The position numbers and the translations under genes were made by a program. The notes below the pieces were generated by a model that made no database searches, was not told the DNA's origin, and saw only the letters and a list, made by a program, of their open reading frames with translations. This document shows, piece after piece, positions 56,157 to 64,000 of a DNA stretch of 64,000 nucleotides (positions are counted from its first letter, which is position 1; each line of letters opens with the position of its first letter). Origin of the DNA: Candidatus Cloacimonadales bacterium (GTDB taxonomy: Bacteria; Cloacimonadota; Cloacimonadia; Cloacimonadales; JAFGVF01); the NCBI GenBank assembly GCA_963678315.1, contig OY782781.1, forward strand, positions 224,001 through 288,000. The letters run 5' to 3'.

Positions 56157-56196
56157 TTGACAAGTCCAGCAATTCAATCAATATTGACCAGTCAGT
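56157..56196 (+). promoter_or_regulatory. Promoter with probable TetR operator
   Basis: TTGACA at 56157-56162; imperfect palindrome ATTGACCAGTCAGT (56183-56196) over the -10/+1 region upstream of tetR. Confidence 0.5.
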
Positions 56197-56217
56197 TCTA
56201 CAATAGGAGTTAAAATA

Positions 56218-56802
56218 ATGATTGATAAACGTTTACTAATATTAAATTCTTTAGACAGCATAATCAATACTAAGAGATATCATGAAGTAAAGATAGATGA
56301 TATTGCAAAGAAGTGTAAAATAGGAAAAGGTACAGTTTATACATATTTTAAAAGCAAAGAAGAAATGTTCTTTGAGCTTGTAATACACGGCATTGAATCA
56401 CAGATTACTGAAATGGAAAAGATTTATAATTCTGAATTAACAGCAAAACAGAAGCTTGTTAGAGTTGCAGAGAAGTTAAGCATTTACTTCTGCAAAAGAC
56501 ATGGTGCAACTAGAATTATGCACCAGTTAGAACACCGTCAAAAGTTTCTTACAAAGGAAAGAAAGGATAAACTATTATCTACTAGAATTAGAATGAGAAA
56601 AGGCATAGAACAAATCTTAGAAGATTGTATCCAAGAGCAAAGTATAAGCCATAATTATCAGTCTGGACAGCTAGCCCAACTCTTTATTCATACTTTGATT
56701 GGTAGAAGCCATTGGGATAAAGATATTGAAGCTATTCCTGTAGAGGATCTGATAAATATAATTTTCTTTCAAAGCAACCAAAAGGAATATACTTCATTAT
56801 GA
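56218..56802 (+). CDS. TetR/AcrR-family regulator
   Basis: IDDIA..C.IGKGTVYTYFKSKEE HTH. Confidence 0.92.
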   Translation: MIDKRLLILNSLDSIINTKRYHEVKIDDIAKKCKIGKGTVYTYFKSKEEMFFELVIHGIESQITEMEKIYNSELTAKQKLVRVAEKLSIYFCKRHGATRIMHQLEHRQKFLTKERKDKLLSTRIRMRKGIEQILEDCIQEQSISHNYQSGQLAQLFIHTLIGRSHWDKDIEAIPVEDLINIIFFQSNQKEYTSL

Positions 56803-58160
56803 GAGACGACTTTATAAATAAGAACCCTTGGAGATTACTACTCAGTTACTCTATTCCAGCAGTAATTTCAACATCAGTTCAAGCTCTTTATAACATTGTA
56901 GATAGAATATATATTGGTAAAGGCTTAGGTTCTGATGCCCTAGCAGGTATTACTTTAACCTTCCCTATTTTCATTCTATCAATAGCCATCGGGGTACTAC
57001 TAGGTAATGGCTCAGCCTCAATAATATCTATTAGATTAGGTCAAGGGAGAAAAGAAGATGCTGAAAGGTCTTTAGGTAACACCTTTGGTTTATATTTCAT
57101 AGGTGGAATCATAATATCAACAATAATGCTTACTTTCTTAAAACCAATTCTTTATCTAGTTGGGGCGACTGAAAATACTTTCCCTTATGCTTTTAATTAT
57201 TTAATATGGTTTTTGCCCTTTATGACTAGTGATTTCTTGGCTATGGGAACTAATGGTTCAATTAGAAGTGAAGGTAATCCTAAACTAGCCATGAAGATAG
57301 CTATTATCGGGACTATCCTAAATATTCTTCTAGACCCAATTTTCTTATTCGTATTTAATATGGGAGTTCAGGGAGTTGCCATTGCAACATCTATTTCTAG
57401 AATTGTAACAATGTTGATGGTTGTTTGGCACTTTACAGAGAGTAAAAGCCGACATCTCACCCTTTATAAAAAGAATCTCTTCCCCCATTGGGCAACAATA
57501 AAACCCATGTTGGCTATTGGATTAAGTCCATTTACAATGAACTTAGCAACAACTTTTGTTGCAGTATTTCTTAATAGGGCTTTACTTGATAATGGCGGAA
57601 GTATAGCTATAGGAGCTCTTGGTGCTATTCAAAGCATATTCGTAATGTTTGAGACTCCTCTTAGGGGTTTAATGATGGGTTCTCAGCCTGTAATTGGCTT
57701 TAATTATGGGGCTAATAAGCACGATAGAGTAATTAAACTGCTTAAGGCATCATACACCTACTCATTAATTATTTCCCTATCAGGTTTAGTAATATCAATA
57801 CTATTTGGTTCGTCCTTAGTTGCTATGTTTAGTAAAGGAGATAAGCAACTTATTGAAATTGGTACATCTGGTCTAAGAATATTCGTCAGTCTTCTACCTT
57901 TAGTAGGAATTCACATGATGTCTGCAATGTATTACCAGGCTATTGGTAAAGCTAAGCAAGCAATATTCTTAAATCTTGCAAGAAAACTAATATTCTTCCT
58001 ACCGGCTTTGATTATCCTTCCAAGATTCTTCGGATTAGATGGTGTTTGGGCAGCAACACCTGTGGCAGATGGAATAGCAGCCTTAATAGCAATTGGAATG
58101 ATATACTTAGAGTTAAAGAGATACAATAGCAGTGACCAACTAGTATTAGAGAGTGCTTAA
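56799..58160 (+). CDS. MATE efflux transporter (MepA-like)
   Basis: LYNIVDRIYIG, RSEGNP, NILLDPIF...MGVQGVA.AT, GFNYGA, GVW.A.PVAD. Confidence 0.92.
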   Translation: MRDDFINKNPWRLLLSYSIPAVISTSVQALYNIVDRIYIGKGLGSDALAGITLTFPIFILSIAIGVLLGNGSASIISIRLGQGRKEDAERSLGNTFGLYFIGGIIISTIMLTFLKPILYLVGATENTFPYAFNYLIWFLPFMTSDFLAMGTNGSIRSEGNPKLAMKIAIIGTILNILLDPIFLFVFNMGVQGVAIATSISRIVTMLMVVWHFTESKSRHLTLYKKNLFPHWATIKPMLAIGLSPFTMNLATTFVAVFLNRALLDNGGSIAIGALGAIQSIFVMFETPLRGLMMGSQPVIGFNYGANKHDRVIKLLKASYTYSLIISLSGLVISILFGSSLVAMFSKGDKQLIEIGTSGLRIFVSLLPLVGIHMMSAMYYQAIGKAKQAIFLNLARKLIFFLPALIILPRFFGLDGVWAATPVADGIAALIAIGMIYLELKRYNSSDQLVLESA

Positions 58161-58181
58161 ATCCTCCTACTCATTATAAAT

Positions 58182-58214
58182 AAAGAGAGTGTTAGTATTT
58201 TAACACTCTCTTTT
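58182..58214. terminator. Bidirectional terminator
   Basis: AAAGAGAGTGTTA...TAACACTCTCTTTT between convergent genes. Confidence 0.8.
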
Positions 58215-58253
58215 ATATTAAGACTAATTATCTTTATTTTTTTATTGGATATC

Positions 58254-58871
58254 TTATCTGCAATAAGTATTAACTCTCTCTTCGAAAAGAGTCATTTGAC
58301 TGTGTAGTTTATCCTCTGAATAATCTTCAGGAGCGAATATAATTAACATAGTATTCTTTGTTTCTTTAGTTACAGAAGTTCTAATAGAATCTGTAATAGG
58401 AGAACCATAAGCTCCCTTTTCATCACAGATAACAAACTTATTATCCCAACAGATCTCTCGGTTATTGATAGCTAGATATTTATCCTCTTTGCTACCGATT
58501 TTTATAAGAGTATCTCCAATTATCTTATCTGCATCATAAACACAGATAGGTAGTAAGAATTCTAAAGAACACCAATTTGCCACATCAACTAGATTATTAA
58601 TGTGATACAAATCCTTTTGTTTCATTGCTCTTCTTAACAAGGCTTCAGAAGATGGTCTTCTTTTAGTAGGGTCTATGCCTATTGCACGAAAGAATTTCCT
58701 AGCATTTTGAATATCTGCGATATCTCCAATACTTATTTCTTTATATCTTTCATAGTATTGCTGAGCTAGGTCAACAATTTTCTTATATGCTAGATTAGAA
58801 TCATTAATTTTAACATCTAATATCTTTCTAGCAATAACTTTTATTGGAAGAGATTTATCTAACTTAATCAT
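58254..58871 (-). CDS. Stand-alone B3/B4 (PheT-like) domain protein
   Basis: GIDPTK.RPSSEALLRR, INNLVD..N..SL, D..G..GSP. Confidence 0.85.
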   Translation of the reverse strand: MIKLDKSLPIKVIARKILDVKINDSNLAYKKIVDLAQQYYERYKEISIGDIADIQNARKFFRAIGIDPTKRRPSSEALLRRAMKQKDLYHINNLVDVANWCSLEFLLPICVYDADKIIGDTLIKIGSKEDKYLAINNREICWDNKFVICDEKGAYGSPITDSIRTSVTKETKNTMLIIFAPEDYSEDKLHSQMTLFEERVNTYCR

Positions 58872-60007
58872 GATTGAAATAAACTAGGAAAAAATCGTTC
58901 AGCAGCTAAGAATATATAATGAGAACTTACACCTGCTAAAAATCCACCTATAGTATGTGAGATTAGAGCTTTTGAAGTTAGGTTTCTGTAGCCTAAAGTA
59001 TCTAACATAGCTGTATGAGTGCTTAGATAACCACTCCAACACATACCCATAGAAGTAAATACTGCTATTTCATTGTTATGAACAATACCTTGTTCAATAA
59101 AGGTTGGAACTAATGATAATGAGCCACCAACTGAACCAAGTGCAGTAATAGGAAAAGCAATAGCTTCAGCATGTTCAAAACCAAAGAAAAACTCAAAGAA
59201 CCAGCCAACTTTATTTGCTAAGTAAGGTATTACAGGAACGCCTTCATAAGCTGCTCCAGTATAAGAACCATTTCCATCAAGAGTTAGCATCATAACTGCT
59301 GTTGAAATGATTAAAACTCCAGGAATAACAGCAAGACCCAAATCTACTCCAGCCTTTCCCCCATCTAAGATAGAGTTTAAGAATCGCATTGAAATGTTAC
59401 CTTCAGATTTAAGAACAACTCTTTCTTCTGGTGTAGACTCAATGTTTCTGGGAATTGTATGGAATTCTTTCTTAATCATACTTTGCATCAACCTTGTAGA
59501 AATAATTGACCCAATAATCGCACCAATTAATCCTATAACAGCTGCTGAGAAAAAGCCTTTACCAATCATAAAACTCAATACAATTAAACCCATTCCAAAA
59601 GATGTCCCAAAGTTAGTTAAAGAAATCAACTCATACTTTTTGAAATAAGTGTTAAAGTTCTTATCTTTAGCAAGACTTATTACAGCTGGATTGTCCGAAA
59701 AGAAGGTCATTAATGCACCCAAAGATGCAACACCAGGCAAGTTATATATCGGTCGCATTAAAGGAGCTAATAAACCTTCTAAAAGCCTTACAACACCAAA
59801 TTCAATCATAAGCTGTCCTAAAGCAGACGACAACACTGTAATCGCCATAATATAAAAGACTGTATTAAGCAACAAATCATGAGCAGTATTCATCATTGTA
59901 CTAATCATGTTGTTGGTTCCCATAGCAAAACCTAGAGTACCAAATATTAAAAAAAAGATAACTAAGAAGATTATCGCTTCCAGTCTTCTACTATTAAGGT
60001 ATTTCAC
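58868..60007 (-). CDS. Polytopic membrane protein (CD0519/CD1768-like, Gate-domain transporter-like)
   Basis: Multiple TMs; MMNTAHDLLLNTVF, SDNPA, NFGTSFGMG, GMCWSGYLSTH; GTG start. Confidence 0.65.
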   Translation of the reverse strand: MKYLNSRRLEAIIFLVIFFLIFGTLGFAMGTNNMISTMMNTAHDLLLNTVFYIMAITVLSSALGQLMIEFGVVRLLEGLLAPLMRPIYNLPGVASLGALMTFFSDNPAVISLAKDKNFNTYFKKYELISLTNFGTSFGMGLIVLSFMIGKGFFSAAVIGLIGAIIGSIISTRLMQSMIKKEFHTIPRNIESTPEERVVLKSEGNISMRFLNSILDGGKAGVDLGLAVIPGVLIISTAVMMLTLDGNGSYTGAAYEGVPVIPYLANKVGWFFEFFFGFEHAEAIAFPITALGSVGGSLSLVPTFIEQGIVHNNEIAVFTSMGMCWSGYLSTHTAMLDTLGYRNLTSKALISHTIGGFLAGVSSHYIFLAAERFFPSLFQS

Positions 60008-60141
60008 ATTCTCTCCAAAAATTATTTTTAAAGCAAAAAAAATATATCGTGATTTTTATGTCAAATAAAATAAATAGCTTCTTTTATACAGGCTCTAATT
60101 ATCTAATTGTCAGAAACTTATAGTATTTTTACTTTTAATAT

Positions 60142-60466
60142 CTAAAACCCTAAACATATAAATTTCTAAAGTCTTAAACATCTCAACATCTTAACACTTA
60201 AACATTCTTATCAATTTAATCTAGACGAACGTCCGTTCGACTCTACAGTTTGCGTAAGCATGAACCTTGTTCAACCTATCGGTGGATGCTTACACTCCCA
60301 TTTCTGAGACGTTTTTCCAAACGTCTCTACAAATTCACTTATAACTACGTTCTAAGTGAAGCCAACTCGGAGGCTGGCGATCCCAGTATGTCCTAACTAC
60401 TCATTCTAACTCCATCCTTACTGGCCTCCTTGAAAAATCGGCCTTTTTTCAAGGGGACAAGTAAGG
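60142..60466. repeat. Uninterrupted composite repeat (A-B-linker-C'-D) preceded by an 8-nt periodic tract and a GTAG palindrome
   Basis: 8-nt period 60142-60205; palindrome 60222-60246; A 60249-60298; B 60306-60330; linker 60334-60360; C' 60361-60387; D 60408-60466. Confidence 0.88.
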
Positions 60467-60519
60467 CTACCCTATATAACAACACAATAAGGCTGTTTCA
60501 GGATAAAATATTAAGCAAT

Positions 60520-60550
60520 AAAAAAAAGAGCCCAGATTACTCTAGGCTCT
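60520..60550 (-). terminator. Intrinsic terminator
   Basis: AGAGCCTAGAG...CTGGGCTCT followed by a T-run on the minus strand. Confidence 0.7.
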
Positions 60551-60578
60551 ATAATTTATACTTAATGAAATAGGGTTA

Positions 60579-63500
60579 CTATTTCATAAGAATCATTTTC
60601 TTAGTTTTACTAAATTTACCAGATCTCATTTTGTAGAAATAAACACCTGAAGCAACGTTTCTGTTGTTGTCATTTTGGCCATTCCAAACAACAGTGTGGT
60701 TACCTTGTGATTTTACATCATTAACAAGAGTCTTAACTTTTTGTCCTAAGATATTATAAACATCGATAGAAACTTTACCAGCTTTTTCAACAGAGTAACT
60801 AATAGTAGTTTCAGGGTTGAATGGGTTAGGGTAGTTACTATTTAAGTTTGTAGTATAGATAGGTGCTTGGTCTCCTGTGTTAGGTGTTCCATTTGGAGCT
60901 ACAACAGTAAGATCATCAACCATGAAGATAAATGCATCATTAGATACACATTGGATTGCGATTCTGATTGAAGAATTTGCATAAGCAGATAAGTCATAGC
61001 TAAATGAAGTCCAGTTAAGAGGAGCTTCTGTATAAGTAGCACCTGAGATTGAAGTGAAGTCATCAGGGTTAGTTGAACCGTCAGAAACTAGAACATTAAA
61101 TCTTTCTGCACCGTAATCAGTTGTTTGTGATTTAGCCATAAAGCTGAATGTACCAGCGTCAGCTAGTTCAATAACAGGAGTCATCATCCAATCATCATTT
61201 TGAGTTGAAGGAGACATAGCAGCAAAACAAGCAGCATATTTATCACCTGAGTTAGGAGTGAAAGAATCACCTTCGATTGCAGGTTCAGTTGAACTTGGAT
61301 TAAATACGATATAAGACATCATTTCACCTGTGTGAGGGAATGTAGTGCCTTGGAAACCATAAGTTGCATTTAAGTCATTATCAACTAAAGTTAATGATCC
61401 CATTTCAAGAGAGAAATCATCAAAGCTTTCAAAGTCAACACTAAGTAATGCATCACCTGAAACAACATTAACTGTTGCAGATACTGTGTTAGAAGCTTCA
61501 GATTCTTGAGTATCATACATTGCAGTTACATAGTATTCGTAAGTACCGTTTTCTAGGTCTGCATCTGTATAAGTAAGAGTTGTAGCATCAACTTCAGCAA
61601 TATTAACACCATCTTTATAGATAACATAAGCTGTTACGTCTCTAGTAACAAGAGATGCTTTAGCAACTGATGTCATAGGGATATAAGAAGCTTCGTTAGC
61701 GTCTCTTTTTAATGATTGATTACTTGTAGCAACAACATTATTTACTGAAGGAGCGTTAACAGCTTTGCTTACAGCAGTAACTTCTGAAGAACGTAATGCT
61801 CTTCCACCAATATTTACATTATCAATAAATGTTGTATACCATAAACCTGCACCATCACCATCAACACATTGCCATGCGATTTTAACTGATTGACCAGCGT
61901 AAGCTGAAAGATCAATTGAGATAGGTGTATCATAATGGTTGTCAGCTTCTGGAAGATCTGTTGCATTCCATAAAGCAGTCCATGTTGAACCAGCATCAGT
62001 AGAAATTTTCACAAAATAGTTATCACCATAAGTAGAACCATTATGACCGTAGAAGTCAAATGTTAAGTTACCTTCAGGAGCAGTAAGTTCATTAGTAATT
62101 AACCATTCATCTTGTGCTGAGTAATCCCAACCACATTTAGCTTGGAAAGAACCTTCTGTAGGAACTACATCACCATCTGAGAATGATACAGTTTCAACTT
62201 GTTCCCAAGTAGCAGTTGTGTTAGTATTATTTATAGTCCAATCTGTAGGAGGGAAAGCATTTTCAAAGCTTTCAGTAGTACCTTCAGGAATTTCAGTTCC
62301 AGGAGCTAACCAGTTAAGAGTAACATCAGCTTCATTCACTGAAGCAGTTAAGTTAACAGGAGCATCAACTTCGATTGGATCTACTTCTACTGTAGCAGTA
62401 GCTACGTTAGAAGCAGGAGATGTACCTTCATCATAAACAGCTTTAACAGTGTATTCATAAGTACCATCAGCTAAGTCAGCATCTATATATGTTAATGCTG
62501 TAACAGTTGTAACAAGAGCATTGTCACGATAGATTTCGTAACCTGTAAGGTCTCTAGTTCTTCTAGCAGTAGAAATTATCACGTTATCGATTAAAGTAGT
62601 AGAAGCTAAACCTGTAGTTTGAGCACAGTGCCAAGCAACTTTAACATCACCAGTATAAGCAGATAAGTCAATAGTTACAGGAGCAGTGTAATCATAAGTT
62701 TCATCAGCAACAGGGTGCCATACTTCAGTCCATGTAGTACCATTATCTGTAGATACTTTAACTTTATAGTTTTCAACATCAGCAGGATCATAACCACCGT
62801 GTAAGTCGAATGACAATGTAACTGGGTTACTGATTGCAGGTGTGATTAACCATTCATCTTGAGCACCAGACTCTACATAATCTAAACAAGCTTGGTGTGT
62901 ACCATCAGTTGGTTCTGTAATTAGGATACCCATGCCCATAAGATCATAGTTTTCAATTTGTTCCCAAGTTGTTTCATTTGTGCTATTAACTTCCCAACCA
63001 GCAGGAGGGAATTCACCTTCGAAGCTTTCTGTAAGTCCAGCTGGTTCATCACCACCTGTAACAGGAGCTTCCCAAGTAAGAGTTACATTAGCACCGTCAA
63101 CAACAGCAGCTAAGTTAGTTGGAGCAGCAAGCTCATTTCCACCAGTAACAACAGTAGCTGTAGCAACGTTAGAAGCAGCAGAAGTACCTTCAGCATAAAC
63201 AGCTTTTACTGTGTATTCGTAAGTACCATCAGCTAAGTCAGCATCTGTATAAGTTAATTCAGTAACAGTAGCTAAGTCAGCACCATCTTTGAATAAGTTA
63301 TATTCAGTAACAGTATATTCATCAGAAACAGGAGCTGTCCATGTAAGAACAACATCACTTTCATTAACTGTAGCAGCTAAATCAGTAACAACAGGTAATG
63401 GAGTAACAGCTGAACCGAAAGTAAATACTGTGTTAGGGATGAATGCTTTCAAAACACCATCAACGGGAGCAAATGGATCAACATCAGTGTTATCAACTGA

Positions 63501-64000
63501 TTTCACTAATGATGAGTTAACTTCAGAAGCGTAAGCGAAGAATTCATCAGCACTTAATGAGTAACCATCAGTGTTTTCATCAAAAGCAACAACTAAGTTA
63601 GATGAACCATTATATTCGAATGGTGTATCTAAAGTAACATTAACCCAGCCTTCAGCTGCAGGTGCAGTAAAAGTACCACTATATGAAAGAGTTAAACTGT
63701 TTGCATCAATCCAACTTGATGCTTCAGCGAACTCATTAAGATCAGTTGTACCGATATAGATATCGATTTCAGGAGCTAAAGCTGAGTTACCATTATATTG
63801 GTAAGCGATAGCTTCAATAGTTCCAGCTGTACCGATTTGATCTGCTGGATAAATAACTTGTGAGTAGTTATAATCAAAGAATGGGTCCATAGGAAGTTTA
63901 GTGTCAACGTCTTGGCCTAAACCTGTTAAAACACTACCTTCACCTGGTTGTGTAGCAAATGAGAATACTTCTGAATCTACAGCATAGTTATCATCATTCT
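60579..64000 (-). CDS. Secreted gingipain/hemagglutinin-like adhesin polyprotein (FN3 plus cleaved-adhesin domains, CTD); 5'-partial
   Basis: The frame stays open from 63890 to the window end. Shows 'ESFE..FPP..W', QDEWLIT and IDLSAYxG cleaved-adhesin motifs, three 'D.DL.(D/N)GTYEY.V.A.Y' FN3 repeats, and CTD YPNPFNP...YNILGQ...SGVYF. Confidence 0.88.
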   Translation of the reverse strand, partial: NDDNYAVDSEVFSFATQPGEGSVLTGLGQDVDTKLPMDPFFDYNYSQVIYPADQIGTAGTIEAIAYQYNGNSALAPEIDIYIGTTDLNEFAEASSWIDANSLTLSYSGTFTAPAAEGWVNVTLDTPFEYNGSSNLVVAFDENTDGYSLSADEFFAYASEVNSSLVKSVDNTDVDPFAPVDGVLKAFIPNTVFTFGSAVTPLPVVTDLAATVNESDVVLTWTAPVSDEYTVTEYNLFKDGADLATVTELTYTDADLADGTYEYTVKAVYAEGTSAASNVATATVVTGGNELAAPTNLAAVVDGANVTLTWEAPVTGGDEPAGLTESFEGEFPPAGWEVNSTNETTWEQIENYDLMGMGILITEPTDGTHQACLDYVESGAQDEWLITPAISNPVTLSFDLHGGYDPADVENYKVKVSTDNGTTWTEVWHPVADETYDYTAPVTIDLSAYTGDVKVAWHCAQTTGLASTTLIDNVIISTARRTRDLTGYEIYRDNALVTTVTALTYIDADLADGTYEYTVKAVYDEGTSPASNVATATVEVDPIEVDAPVNLTASVNEADVTLNWLAPGTEIPEGTTESFENAFPPTDWTINNTNTTATWEQVETVSFSDGDVVPTEGSFQAKCGWDYSAQDEWLITNELTAPEGNLTFDFYGHNGSTYGDNYFVKISTDAGSTWTALWNATDLPEADNHYDTPISIDLSAYAGQSVKIAWQCVDGDGAGLWYTTFIDNVNIGGRALRSSEVTAVSKAVNAPSVNNVVATSNQSLKRDANEASYIPMTSVAKASLVTRDVTAYVIYKDGVNIAEVDATTLTYTDADLENGTYEYYVTAMYDTQESEASNTVSATVNVVSGDALLSVDFESFDDFSLEMGSLTLVDNDLNATYGFQGTTFPHTGEMMSYIVFNPSSTEPAIEGDSFTPNSGDKYAACFAAMSPSTQNDDWMMTPVIELADAGTFSFMAKSQTTDYGAERFNVLVSDGSTNPDDFTSISGATYTEAPLNWTSFSYDLSAYANSSIRIAIQCVSNDAFIFMVDDLTVVAPNGTPNTGDQAPIYTTNLNSNYPNPFNPETTISYSVEKAGKVSIDVYNILGQKVKTLVNDVKSQGNHTVVWNGQNDNNRNVASGVYFYKMRSGKFSKTKKMILMK

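Noticed and set aside
1..64000. tRNA, rRNA, prophage, retroelement or defence system
   Set aside because: No cloverleaf, rRNA-like tract, phage structural gene, reverse transcriptase or known defence gene was recognised by eye; a covariance/HMM scan was not possible.

Overview
AT-rich bacterial chromosome segment. The many secreted proteins ending in 'YPNPF(NP)...YN(L/I)xGQ...SGxYF' C-terminal sorting domains, a PorV-like barrel and amino-acid fermentation genes suggest an anaerobic FCB-group organism, probably Cloacimonadota (inference). Coding content: a giant acidic surface protein (over 4,250 aa once a 1-nt frameshift near 552 is bridged; it runs off the left edge), a divergent NTPase-TPR-GAF-sigma54 activator, dinG, murB, trxA plus a disulfide oxidoreductase, a BMP lipoprotein, a PHP hydrolase, an M14 carboxypeptidase, a MutS-like ATPase with two ptb genes, an intact IS21 element, a leuS-tdk-yggT-divIVA-punA-dksA-lspA operon ending in a sorting-domain protein and a barrel, an IS1182 element with a 22-bp hairpin target duplication, an M23 peptidase, alkaline phosphatase, a short metK, a putative B12-capture protein, an olsB/olsA-like pair, tetR-MATE, and a gingipain-adhesin-like polyprotein running off the right edge. 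Non-coding highlights: back-to-back SAM-II-like and cobalamin riboswitches; a 17-aa uORF ending RGAP-stop ahead of the giant gene; a candidate anti-RBS sRNA; and six intergenic clusters of short palindromic (REP-like) modules, some carrying 16-40 nt hairpins inserted into other hairpins, with empty and filled versions both visible. No rRNA, tRNA or CRISPR array was recognised.
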